Origin: an uncultured Clostridia bacterium
GTDB lineage: Bacteria > Bacillota > JAAYKD01 > CAYOCI01
Length of the DNA: 64,000 bases
NCBI GenBank assembly: GCA_964402415.1
Contig: CAYOCI010000006.1
Location: forward strand, 16,020-80,019
Direction: 5' to 3'
A program made the translations under genes and the position numbers. Positions 48,255 to 57,403 of the stretch are shown in pieces. The notes under the pieces were generated by a model. That model made no database searches. It was not told the DNA's origin and was given only the letters and a program-made list of their open reading frames with translations. Numbering within the stretch: position 1 is the first letter of the stretch; each line of letters opens with the position of its first letter.

Positions 48255-50944
48255 CTGACAACCGAAGAGAGCAGCTACTTGATATCATAAAAAGAGAGTT
48301 TATTGGCCCAGACCCCGTAGACATCCCAGGCATGATTCAGGAAAACGGTGAAGAAATTCTGTCTTCGGATCCTCCCCGCGTTCGCTATGCTGCCGGTATT
48401 CTCTTTCCGCAATGCGCTTTGCCGGAAACGGTTGATCCGGTGGCGGATGAAGGGACCCCTGGTGCAGAGGTTGATGACGCCGAAGTGGCTGAAGGGGCCA
48501 CCCCCCATGGCGAGTCTTCAGGCGATAACTACGAGTATCTTGAAGATGCGGAAGAGCTCATCAATCTTTCCAATGCTTATCGTCAGTCTGCCATAAGCCT
48601 TACCGTGGCACTAAAGGATGAAGATGATCTGACTGCACTCGTGACGGCCGGTTCTTATACAATGATCAACGTTACAGATCCCATTACGGGAAAACAGTCC
48701 ACCCGGTATCCCCGGGCAGGCATATCGTGGAATAACGACGGAATGCCGCTGAGAATGCCTAGTGTGAATTCCCGTATTGTGAAAACCGAGATTAAGGGTA
48801 CCTACCTTCGGTTTGACATTACCTACCGTTATCGTCAGAGTGGTTATTCCATCTATACATTTACATTAGAGAATACGAAGATCAACAGCACCGATTCAGT
48901 TCGTGACGAGGAATGCTATTTTCAAGCGGCATTTCAGCTTGTATCTTCAAAAGGCTTCAGCCCCCTGCCTGGCAGTCAGCGTATCAACACGGATGACGAG
49001 GACTACTGGTCTAATCAGCTTCTATACAGAAATGTAGAGAATTACGCCATTGGTCACGGCTGTGCGGCTGACTGGGAGGGGGTGGAAGGTCGGATATCTA
49101 GTGTTAGGACATCAGTATTCCCGTCCTATGAAGTCAAGCCGATTGTGCCAAGCGTAATCCCTGGGGTATCTCTTGACATGTTCAAGATGAGCGATCTAGG
49201 TGACTTTTCCGAAACAATAGGCGAACTGGAGAAGCTCTGTACAGCATACAGGGGTTGGATAGATGGGCTCAAGGCTGCAACCATCAGTATTGCTGATAAC
49301 TATAAGGACACCGCCAACAGGCATATTGCTAATTGTGAAGCTTGCCTTGAGCGTATGTGTGATGGTGTTGAACTACTAAAGAGTGATGACAAAACAAAGC
49401 TGGCGTTCCAGTACATGAACCGAGCAATGCTGCTGCAGCAGCTCCACTATAACCTCCCGCTGCAGAATTGGGGTGTTGATGATAACGGCGGCATAAAACT
49501 GGAGAACCCGGTAACGCAACTGCCGATTATCTCCGATCTGTCAACGTGGCATGGCGATAGGACGAGGTATGGGAGATGGAGGCCCTTTCAGCTTGCGTTT
49601 ATTCTCATTAACCTGAGGTCAATGGCAGATAAGCAATGCAACGACCGCAGGAAAGTCGATCTGATATGGTTTCCGACCGGTGGCGGCAAGACCGAGGCAT
49701 ATCTGGGCCTGTCGGCTTACACGATCTTCATTCGTAGACTATACAACAGGGATGACGCCGGAACCACGATTCTTATGCGATATACACTGCGCCTATTGAC
49801 TGCACAGCAGTATGAGCGAGCTTCCGCCATGATCTGCGCCTGTGATCTGATTAGAAAAGAGCACTCCGCTAGTCTGGGAGATACTCGCATAACCATAGGT
49901 CTTTGGGTTGGAGGCGACACTACGCCAAACAGTACGAGCGATGCAGTCAAGGCATACGACAAGCTATATTCTGGTAGAAGTGATGTAAACCCCTTCGTGA
50001 TGCTAAAATGTCCGTGGTGTGGTGCCCAGATGGGTAGGGTTATAAAGCGAGATAACTCGTTCGAAACACCTGGATATAAGAAGATTGGTGGACGCAAAGC
50101 CCGCGTGGTATTCCAGTGCGCAAACTCTGAACATGGGTGCGAATTCTCTGTGAGTGGCAATGAACTGCCGCTGTACGTTGTTGATGATGACATCTATGCT
50201 AATACGCCCACACTGCTGCTTGGTACCGTGGATAAGTTCGCTATGCTCCCGTTTAGGCCACAGGCACAGGCAATTTTTGGGATGTACGATGGGCAGAGAC
50301 TTTCATCTCCAGACTTGATAATCCAGGATGAGCTCCACCTGATTTCCGGCCCATTGGGTTCCATGGTCGGTCATTATGAAACTCTCATTCATGAGCTCTG
50401 TACACAGAGGACAAGCTCCGGGGTAATCCAGCCGAAAATAATAGCATCCACTGCAACCATTAGCCGCGCAAAGGAACAGTGCCATGCCCTCTATGCCTGC
50501 GGCACCGATAGTGTTTTCCAGTTCCCACCTTCAGGTCTAGATGCTGGAGATTCGTTTTTTGCAGTTGAAAATACGAGTGGTACTGGCAGGCAGTACGTCG
50601 GAATCCTCGCTTCTGGCGCTTCCTCAGACGCAACGACAGCAATCCGGCTGTTTGCTTCTCTGCTCTACGGTGCTAAGGCCATTAATGTGGCGTCGGAGGA
50701 ACTTCGAGATCCCTATTGGACCAATATCGGCTACTTCAATAGTATCCGTGAGTTAGGACAAGCCGCCACATGGATTCGTGCAGATATCGACGAATATCTT
50801 CATGTCATATATAAGCGTAAGTATGAGGACAAACAAGAGGGCTATAGGCAGAACCGCAGATATATGTGGGACGACGAAGAACTCCCGAGCGGTGTTCGGA
50901 GCTATAAGATCCCATTCCGCCTACAGAAGCTCGGTATCTGGTAA
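48251..50944 (+). CDS. DExH-box SF2 helicase, DrmA-like (N-terminal part with motifs I–III), ending at an in-frame TAA
   Basis: Motif I 'FPTGGGKTEAYLGL', motif II 'IIQDELHLISGPLGS', motif III 'ASTATISRA'. About 400-aa N-terminal domain of unknown function. The reading frame continues after the TAA at 50942–44. Confidence 0.7.
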   Translation: MTDNRREQLLDIIKREFIGPDPVDIPGMIQENGEEILSSDPPRVRYAAGILFPQCALPETVDPVADEGTPGAEVDDAEVAEGATPHGESSGDNYEYLEDAEELINLSNAYRQSAISLTVALKDEDDLTALVTAGSYTMINVTDPITGKQSTRYPRAGISWNNDGMPLRMPSVNSRIVKTEIKGTYLRFDITYRYRQSGYSIYTFTLENTKINSTDSVRDEECYFQAAFQLVSSKGFSPLPGSQRINTDDEDYWSNQLLYRNVENYAIGHGCAADWEGVEGRISSVRTSVFPSYEVKPIVPSVIPGVSLDMFKMSDLGDFSETIGELEKLCTAYRGWIDGLKAATISIADNYKDTANRHIANCEACLERMCDGVELLKSDDKTKLAFQYMNRAMLLQQLHYNLPLQNWGVDDNGGIKLENPVTQLPIISDLSTWHGDRTRYGRWRPFQLAFILINLRSMADKQCNDRRKVDLIWFPTGGGKTEAYLGLSAYTIFIRRLYNRDDAGTTILMRYTLRLLTAQQYERASAMICACDLIRKEHSASLGDTRITIGLWVGGDTTPNSTSDAVKAYDKLYSGRSDVNPFVMLKCPWCGAQMGRVIKRDNSFETPGYKKIGGRKARVVFQCANSEHGCEFSVSGNELPLYVVDDDIYANTPTLLLGTVDKFAMLPFRPQAQAIFGMYDGQRLSSPDLIIQDELHLISGPLGSMVGHYETLIHELCTQRTSSGVIQPKIIASTATISRAKEQCHALYACGTDSVFQFPPSGLDAGDSFFAVENTSGTGRQYVGILASGASSDATTAIRLFASLLYGAKAINVASEELRDPYWTNIGYFNSIRELGQAATWIRADIDEYLHVIYKRKYEDKQEGYRQNRRYMWDDEELPSGVRSYKIPFRLQKLGIW

Positions 50945-50995
50945 CCCTCTGCGGCGGGTGAAAAGCGACCGGTAGACATCTGCCTTGCCACAAAC

Positions 50996-51640
50996 ATGAT
51001 CTCTGTTGGGGTTGATGTGCCGCGGCTTGGCCTCATGACTGTATCAGGCCAGCCTAAAATGACATCCGAGTATATCCAGGCGACGAGTCGTGTCGGCCGC
51101 GACAGTGCGTCTCCTGGTTTAGTGTTTGTGTTGTATCGCCCTGGACGACCTCGAGATAAATCCCATTATGAGCAGTTCAGGTCTTACCATTCTAGAATGT
51201 ACTGCAATGTTGAGCCGACTAGCGTAACGCCATTTTCTGCACCGTTGCGAGAAAGGGCTCTACATGCGATCATGATTGGCATAATGAGACTTGAGGGAGA
51301 TAAGGCCTTCAATGCTGATCCACCTCGTCTTCCAGATAATCATACTCTTGAGTGTGTGTACAGTGTTATTCGTAAGCGTGTAGAAGCTGTCGATAGTAAT
51401 GAACTGGAAGCAATGCTCAACCGAATGGATGAGGTGTTGCGGGACTGGGAGGATTGGGGCCCTCAGAAATTTCAGGATTTCACTGCGATGGATGCTGTAC
51501 CGCTCATGTTTCCTTCCGGAACTATGAGAAATGAGGCGTGGGGTAACCGGGGACTATCCACACCGACATCCATGAGAAGCGTAGATTCCTCGTGTGAGGC
51601 ATACGTGCTGGAAAACAGATATTGGTCGGAGGATGTTTAA
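50996..51640 (+). CDS. Helicase C-terminal fragment (motifs V–VI), same frame as 48251..50944
   Basis: The in-frame sequence just upstream of the first ATG reads '…PVDICLATNMISVGVDVPRL' (motif V), and 'QATSRVGRDSASPGLVFV' is motif VI. Together with the upstream ORF this makes one helicase of about 1,130 aa. Confidence 0.65.
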   Translation: MISVGVDVPRLGLMTVSGQPKMTSEYIQATSRVGRDSASPGLVFVLYRPGRPRDKSHYEQFRSYHSRMYCNVEPTSVTPFSAPLRERALHAIMIGIMRLEGDKAFNADPPRLPDNHTLECVYSVIRKRVEAVDSNELEAMLNRMDEVLRDWEDWGPQKFQDFTAMDAVPLMFPSGTMRNEAWGNRGLSTPTSMRSVDSSCEAYVLENRYWSEDV

Positions 51641-51641
51641 G

Positions 51642-53483
51642 ATGGCGTTCTCAAAAAAGCCTATGCGTCGCAGCCAGCTAATCAGTCCATGGGGCGTTGG
51701 TGCAATTGTACCGTTTCCTGACGATGAATCTCTCATGATTGCCGGACTTGATATGTGGCGATACAACTCAACTGATGGGTTCCTCATAAAAGATGAACGC
51801 CTGCAAAGGCGTCTTGGTGTAAAGGAGTTGCGCTGGCCACCGGATTTTAGAGATCAAAAAACCGATGCCAGGAATTACAATCTGAAAATTCCTGCGGTTA
51901 AGTTTCCGAGGTGGCACTACTGCCCTTTCTGCGGGACCATGCAGAAGCTAACATATTACACTAACGCTGCTTACTGCGATGGGTACCCTTGGCCGCACGG
52001 TCGTTCCTGTGCTTCCAAGAAGAAGTTCGGACGCAGGCTGATTCCTGAAAGATTCGTTGTCGTTTGCCCCGATGGACATATCGATGACTTCCCAGTCGCA
52101 GAATGGTTACACCAAGACGGTGAGCATTCATACGATCCAAGTAAATGCCATATCCGCAGAAGTACCGGTGGCACCTCAGCATCACTAACGGGTGTGTTCT
52201 ACGAATGCTCCTGCGGAGCAAAACGGTCCATAGCCGGAGCAACAAGACCCGGAGCTTTGAAGAAGATAGGGTATCGGTGCAGAGGTGCTAGGCCTTGGCT
52301 TGGCGTGGAGAAAGACGACGACAGCCCATGCGATCGTGATGACGTCAAGGTTCTTCAGCGTGGTGCCACAAATGTGTGGTTCGCCGACACCAGAAGTTCA
52401 ATTCATATCCCGACAGACGATGAATCACCCAGCCGCCGCATCGTTGGTATACTTGATCAGTTTCTTGACCCCCTGAGAAGTCACCGCATAAACGGTGAAC
52501 TGAATCGCGATTTCATAAGGATGCTCGCAGAAGCCAATTTCGTCAATGCCGATGATCTATATGCAGCTGCTGTAAAGAGACTAGTAAATATCGAATGCCT
52601 GCCAGAGATAACCGAGGACATGTCGGAGGACGACTACCGCTTAGCCGAATACAAGGTTCTTATCAAGAGCAGCGGCGGCGATACTCTTGACTTTCACTCG
52701 ATCAACTACCCCATTTCTGTATATGATCCCGTGCTTCATAAGTATTTCAGGAGCATATCTTTAGTACCTAAACTCAGGGAGACACGCGCATTTGTGGGGT
52801 TTTCGCGTCTTGAGCCCAGTATTATGGACATATCTCAAAGAAAGAGAATGTTGCGGTTAGGCAACGGGGGGTGGCTCCCAGCCATCGAAGTGTATGGTGA
52901 AGGCATCTTCTTTGAGTTCAATGCCGATATGCTTAAGCAGTTCGCAGAGAGAACAGGGGTTCAGGACCGGAGTGAAAAGCTTGATAGAGCGTATCATGCA
53001 TCGAGTTTCGGGAAACATGCTTCCGGTAGACTCAGACCAGAGTTTGTGCTAATACACACGTTTTCCCACCTGCTAATAAATCAGCTTGGCTTTGAGTGTG
53101 GCTACGGCAGCTCATCCATTAGGGAACGTATTTACTGCGAAAAGACCAGCAATGACCACGAGATGTATGGGCTACTCCTTTATACAGCCTCTGGTGATTC
53201 TGAAGGTTCGCTGGGCGGTCTTGTTCGGCAGGGTGAAAAAGGCCGTATTGAGGACACCATCATGTCCGCGCTGAAGAACGCCGCATGGTGCTCGTCCGAC
53301 CCTATCTGTATTCAGTCTAAGGGCCAAGGCCCCGAGTCTTGTAATCTATCTGCTTGTCATAACTGTGCCCTTCTGCCCGAAACCTGTTGCGAGTGCGGGA
53401 ATCGTCTACTAGATAGAGGGGTTGTGGTTGGCACTCTTGCCGAACCAGAACTTGCGTTCTTTGACAATGCTAGGATACAGTGA
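51642..53483 (+). CDS. DUF1998-domain protein (DrmB/MrfA-C-terminal-like zinc-ribbon)
   Basis: GGAGGATG-type RBS before the ATG at 51642. Several Cys clusters ('HYCPFCG', 'CSCG') and a C-terminal 'WCSSDPICIQS…CNLSACHNCALLPETCCECGN' typical of the DUF1998 four-Cys module. Confidence 0.65.
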   Translation: MAFSKKPMRRSQLISPWGVGAIVPFPDDESLMIAGLDMWRYNSTDGFLIKDERLQRRLGVKELRWPPDFRDQKTDARNYNLKIPAVKFPRWHYCPFCGTMQKLTYYTNAAYCDGYPWPHGRSCASKKKFGRRLIPERFVVVCPDGHIDDFPVAEWLHQDGEHSYDPSKCHIRRSTGGTSASLTGVFYECSCGAKRSIAGATRPGALKKIGYRCRGARPWLGVEKDDDSPCDRDDVKVLQRGATNVWFADTRSSIHIPTDDESPSRRIVGILDQFLDPLRSHRINGELNRDFIRMLAEANFVNADDLYAAAVKRLVNIECLPEITEDMSEDDYRLAEYKVLIKSSGGDTLDFHSINYPISVYDPVLHKYFRSISLVPKLRETRAFVGFSRLEPSIMDISQRKRMLRLGNGGWLPAIEVYGEGIFFEFNADMLKQFAERTGVQDRSEKLDRAYHASSFGKHASGRLRPEFVLIHTFSHLLINQLGFECGYGSSSIRERIYCEKTSNDHEMYGLLLYTASGDSEGSLGGLVRQGEKGRIEDTIMSALKNAAWCSSDPICIQSKGQGPESCNLSACHNCALLPETCCECGNRLLDRGVVVGTLAEPELAFFDNARIQ

Positions 53484-53491
53484 GGTGTACC

Positions 53492-54520
53492 ATGTATGTT
53501 ATTCTGTCTCAAAAGGTGGATACGGACTCCATTTACTCCGATGATCTTTTCAACACTTATCACTATCCAGCACGATATAAGAACCAGTTACACACTGGGG
53601 ATATTTTCATCTACTACCAAGGAAACCGGTATAAGAGTGAACACCGGTACTATTTCGGTGTCGGTACCGTTGGAGAGATCCTCACGACTGACGGTGAGAG
53701 CTACTATGCCAGACTGCTTCGGTGTCGACGCTTCGAAAATCAGGTCCCCATTTATGTCCCCGATGGCGGCTATGTGGAACAGAGAGGTTATGAAAGCGTT
53801 CGGCGGAGCCTAAACCCGCCATGGCAGACTTCGATTCGTCCTTTATCCAAGGATGCATACGATTATATCATCGAGAAGGCAGGAATATTGATCAGTACCA
53901 ACCCAGATCAAGAAATCGACGTGATGAAGAACGCTCTGAAGAGGTCTCTTAAGGAGTTCTACCTAGGTGGTAATCAGAAGGCAATTCTATCCGTTGTTAG
54001 CATTGCCCAGCAAATTGCTGATACTCTGCAACTTGGAGCAGTTGCTGTGTGCGAGGATACAGTCACAGCGTTTAGCGCAGCTCAAACACCCGATCCGACA
54101 CAGCAGAAGACCAAAACCATGTTCTTCGACTACTGCAGAAGCATGAGAATGTCATATTCCTATAAGCCAGTGCTCATACTGGCAGTTCTAGATTGCGGAG
54201 TAGAGAAAGGGCAAGTTTCTATTGAAAGAGCTGCTTGCTACTTCAGAGATTACTATACCGAGCGCCGTAAGAACGGGCTGAAAATAGAGAAGGGCAACTG
54301 CATCTATCAACGTGGTGACGTAGATATGCAGCCGATAGCTGGCAACATCGTGGCGAATCCAGTAAAGGCGCTTATCGCTAGCGGGTACTTTGAACATGAT
54401 AGGACTGCCGGATTGTTCGGTTTCGCTCCTCGACTATGGGCGGAGCTTTCGCGTGATGATCTGTCTCACATCAGAGGCGTGTGCGTAGCGAAGCTGGAGA
54501 ACTACTATTCATCGAAGTGA
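53492..54520 (+). CDS. Hypothetical protein, possibly with a PUA/EVE-like N-terminal domain
   Basis: GAGGTG RBS 6 nt before the ATG at 53492, 9 bp after the DUF1998 gene. N-terminal beta-rich aromatic segment 'YVILSQKV…YHYPARYKNQLHTGDIFIYYQGNRY…YYFGVGTVGEI'. Second domain 'YSYKPVLILAVLDCG'. Confidence 0.5.
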   Translation: MYVILSQKVDTDSIYSDDLFNTYHYPARYKNQLHTGDIFIYYQGNRYKSEHRYYFGVGTVGEILTTDGESYYARLLRCRRFENQVPIYVPDGGYVEQRGYESVRRSLNPPWQTSIRPLSKDAYDYIIEKAGILISTNPDQEIDVMKNALKRSLKEFYLGGNQKAILSVVSIAQQIADTLQLGAVAVCEDTVTAFSAAQTPDPTQQKTKTMFFDYCRSMRMSYSYKPVLILAVLDCGVEKGQVSIERAACYFRDYYTERRKNGLKIEKGNCIYQRGDVDMQPIAGNIVANPVKALIASGYFEHDRTAGLFGFAPRLWAELSRDDLSHIRGVCVAKLENYYSSK

Positions 54521-54723
54521 CTTGACACTGCGCCTTGGAGGCTACTACGGTGGCGTTGAGTTTTCAGAGCTAATGCGCCTAGATATGGTTAGCAAAGTGC
54601 TTCCTTCAATGTTATGCTGGAGTAGCATAGCCTGAGATTCGCTAGGAGTATGGCTGCAACAACCACGACACAAAGGGGAGTCTTGCCATCTATACTGACG
54701 ATCTTCACCACCGCACTGCGCTC

Positions 54724-55095
54724 TTGGATCCCAAGTCCTTTTTCTGCGGGTCCGACGAATCCTACTACTTCGCTCTCGGCCAGCTCCTGGTCCACGTCTT
54801 CAACCTCATGGGTGGGGTAGACCGTTACCGCAAGGAGTTTAACTACCTGACCAATCCGAGCTTGGCCTACCCCGTGCAGAAACTGAACTCACGGATCGTG
54901 CACTTTCTCCGGCGCGCTCGTGAGCGCTACGAGCTGGGCCCGGACGCTGAGCAGCTTCTTGACGCTGTGCTTTCCTATCAGCCAGGGCATCAGGACGAGC
55001 CCCGGCATATCGAGAGCTTGGACGACGCTTTCTACTCTGGGATCCATGCCGATAGCACCCTCGGCGGGAGGACTTCATCCGACTGTCGGGCCTAG
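54724..55095 (+). CDS. Hypothetical protein, uncertain gene (TTG start, no clear RBS)
   Basis: 123-aa ORF at the right edge of the low-GC island. An alternative short ATG ORF at about 54649 overlaps it. Confidence 0.25.
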   Translation: MDPKSFFCGSDESYYFALGQLLVHVFNLMGGVDRYRKEFNYLTNPSLAYPVQKLNSRIVHFLRRARERYELGPDAEQLLDAVLSYQPGHQDEPRHIESLDDAFYSGIHADSTLGGRTSSDCRA

Positions 55096-55213
55096 CCCCG
55101 TCCAGATAGTCCCAGAAGACTAGGACCTGAGTACGATGCCCTGTTCCACCCAGTTGTGCTAGAATCCCCGTAGAGAAAACGCTGCCACTTGCGCTCATCG
55201 GGGAGGGGTAGAG

Positions 55214-55522
55214 GTGGATAACGTCTATCAAACCATCGGCGACAAGACGCTGATCTTTACGATCTACAGGGGTGCACCCCGAGCCGCGCTTATCGACAGT
55301 GAAGACCTCGGGGCGGTGGCATCGGTCGATGGCAAGTGGAAGATCGGCCAAGACAATCGCTTCTTCCTGGCGGAGCGTAGCGGAGTGGAGCAACAGGTCA
55401 TTTACATGCACGATATCATCATCGGTGCCCTCGCGCCTGGGAATAGGACCCGGCGGGTGGCGCACATCAATGGTGACGGCGCAGACAACCGGAAGGGAAA
55501 CCTGATGTTTCTTAAGGACTGA
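55214..55522 (+). CDS. HNH endonuclease (HNH_3/AP2-associated type)
   Basis: 'VIYMHDIIIGALAPGNRTRRVAHINGDGADNRKGNLMFL' carries the H…N…H(I)NG(D)…DNR…NL motif. Ends 9 bp before the terminator hairpin that begins repeat copy 1. Confidence 0.65.
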   Translation: MDNVYQTIGDKTLIFTIYRGAPRAALIDSEDLGAVASVDGKWKIGQDNRFFLAERSGVEQQVIYMHDIIIGALAPGNRTRRVAHINGDGADNRKGNLMFLKD

Positions 55523-55715
55523 CAAAGACAAGGACGGTGTCCGCGTGGCGGACACCGTCCTTGTTCGTACATTGCTAATCCCTGCCCATACCCCTAGCCA
55601 GCTAGTCAGTAGGAACTGCAACCGCGCGATCAGCATCGAGCAGCGGCTCATGACAGCGTTACCGAAAGAAGCGCCGAAGCCGATCATCATGACCCAGCGG
55701 CCTGCCTTGGTGATG
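55522..55715. repeat. Direct-repeat copy 1: terminator hairpin plus about 150 bp duplicating the 3' end of gene 59252..59857
   Basis: Hairpin 'ggacggtgtccgc-gtgg-cggacaccgtcc' (55532–55560), then 'ttgttcgtac…gtaggaactgca…gagcagcggctcatgac…gatcatcatgacccagcggcctgccttggtga'. Matches 59198–59395 at about 85–90%. Confidence 0.8.
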
Positions 55716-55960
55716 ATCGCACGGCGCCATTGCGCGCAGGCACTCCCTTGTTGTTTCGGCAGCATCCACGGGATAGTCTCCAATCGTCCCACGACGGGCC
55801 AGCATCTCCGACCCTCCCTGGTTTCTAATACAGGCGGCAGAGTCATGCCTTCATCCTGGCGGTGATATCGCGTAGGACCCGCATGACGGCTTCGAGCTCA
55901 TCGAGTGCGTTCACACTCACTGCAACCTAGACAATGGCTTGTGATTGCAGAGCAGAGGCT

Positions 55961-56743
55961 TTACCCGATAAACTGTGCCAACTCTTGGTTGAATCTGTCG
56001 CGCTCATCATAGAACAATCCGTGGCCGCTGTTTTCAAACGGGACGAGTCTTGAGTTCGCAATTCCTCTGTTCTGTGCTTCAGCCAAAGGGAAGTGACAAA
56101 CCTGATCGTGGATGCCGTGGAGAATCAGTGTGGGCACATGTATTTCCCCGAGATCTGAAAACAGGCCTTCTTCGTCTAGCCAGGTATTTGCCACTGCAGC
56201 AGTGGACCAGCCTGCTGCCTGCAATCCCAATTGAAAGAACCAATCTGAGAATGGCTCAGTCACATGTTGGTAGAAGAAGATATCCCCGAATCCTTGCAGC
56301 ATTTTGGGGCGATCGTTATATGTGTCTTGGATGATCTTGATGATGTCGTCTCGTGTTAATCCATAGGGGAAATATGGACGCTGGATAAGGCTGGGGGCTG
56401 CAGCTGCAAAAAGAGCTAGCTTTGATACCCCATATCCATTATGGCGTGCCATATAGCGAATGGCGACTCCTCCACCAGTAGAATGGCCTCCGAGCGTGAA
56501 GTCGTCCAATTGGAGCGCTTCAACCACACACCGAATATCGTCTGCCAGTCGATCATAGGTGTAGCCACTCCAGGGCTTATCCGAGTTACCAAATCCCCTC
56601 ATATCCATACCAATGCATCGATAACCCATCTTAGGGAGCTGGTTAAACTGGTATTCAAACATCTTGTGGTTGGCTGGCCAACCGTGGACAAACAGGATTG
56701 GCTTCCCACCTCCCGGGTCAACGTCCTCTACATAGATTCTCAC
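55961..56743 (-). CDS. Alpha/beta-hydrolase-fold enzyme (haloperoxidase/esterase-like)
   Basis: 'ILFVHGWPANHKMFEYQ', nucleophile elbow 'GHSTGG', C-terminal 'ILHGIHD…GHGLF'. Lies as a cassette between repeat copies 1 and 2. Confidence 0.8.
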   Translation of the reverse strand: MRIYVEDVDPGGGKPILFVHGWPANHKMFEYQFNQLPKMGYRCIGMDMRGFGNSDKPWSGYTYDRLADDIRCVVEALQLDDFTLGGHSTGGGVAIRYMARHNGYGVSKLALFAAAAPSLIQRPYFPYGLTRDDIIKIIQDTYNDRPKMLQGFGDIFFYQHVTEPFSDWFFQLGLQAAGWSTAAVANTWLDEEGLFSDLGEIHVPTLILHGIHDQVCHFPLAEAQNRGIANSRLVPFENSGHGLFYDERDRFNQELAQFIG

Positions 56744-57077
56744 ATCCGGTTCGACAGTAATATAGCGTCCTCCCGTACAACCCCCTCCGTTCGTGTCAGT
56801 TCTTCAAATAATGATATGAGGTTGGTATGGGATGTATGCTTCTGGTTCCTTAGTCTTGACACCGTGCTCCAAACTGCCTATTACCATGGTCAGTTCGCAC
56901 TAAAGCTCGCCATGCTCAGGACCTTGCGCTGATTGCGCATGACACGGGCGCGGCAATGGCAAGCACACATACGACCATCTCTCACAGAATACGAAACAAG
57001 TGCATACCACTCTGGCGCAGCTCCGGGCTGACAAAGCGGCCGAGTAGTAACGTGGTGCCTAGAGTTTCGATAGGTAA

Positions 57078-57252
57078 AGGGAAGGACGGTGTCCGCGTGG
57101 CGGACACCGTCCTTGTTCATACTTACCTAGGCTCCGTCTATACCCCCAACCAGCTAGTCAGTAGGAACTGCAGTCGAGCGATCAGCAGCGAGCAGCGGCT
57201 CATGACAGTGTTGCCGAAGCAATCGCCGAAGCCGACCATCATGACCGAGCGG
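57078..57252. repeat. Direct-repeat copy 2: the same hairpin plus gene-3'-end unit
   Basis: Hairpin at 57084–57112, then 'ttgttcatacttacctaggctccgtctatacccccaaccagctagtcagtaggaactgcag…gagcagcggctcatgacag…', closely matching copies 1 and 3. Confidence 0.8.
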
Positions 57253-57403
57253 CACAATACGGAGCCTCAGGATTCTTCGTCCCCTTACTCCCCGGCCAAG
57301 AAGGTCAAATAGCTTAGTTTGATCGACTGACTGTGTTTGCGTAGTATAAGAGTGGAGCGCCTCATTCGGTGTTCTCTGTTCCTTGAGGTCATCTTGCTTC
57401 AAT

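Noticed and set aside
54839-55846. 335-aa minus-strand ORF spanning the HNH gene and repeat copy 1
   Set aside because: It is antisense to a well-supported HNH gene and runs through the terminator hairpin and the duplicated gene fragment. Its N-terminal stretch merely re-reads the duplicated 3' end of gene 59252..59857.
55545-55865. ORFs 55545..55865 (+) and 56956..57312 (+) with similar peptides
   Set aside because: Their similarity comes from the direct-repeat copies, which are read antisense to the duplicated gene fragment. They are not independent paralogous genes.
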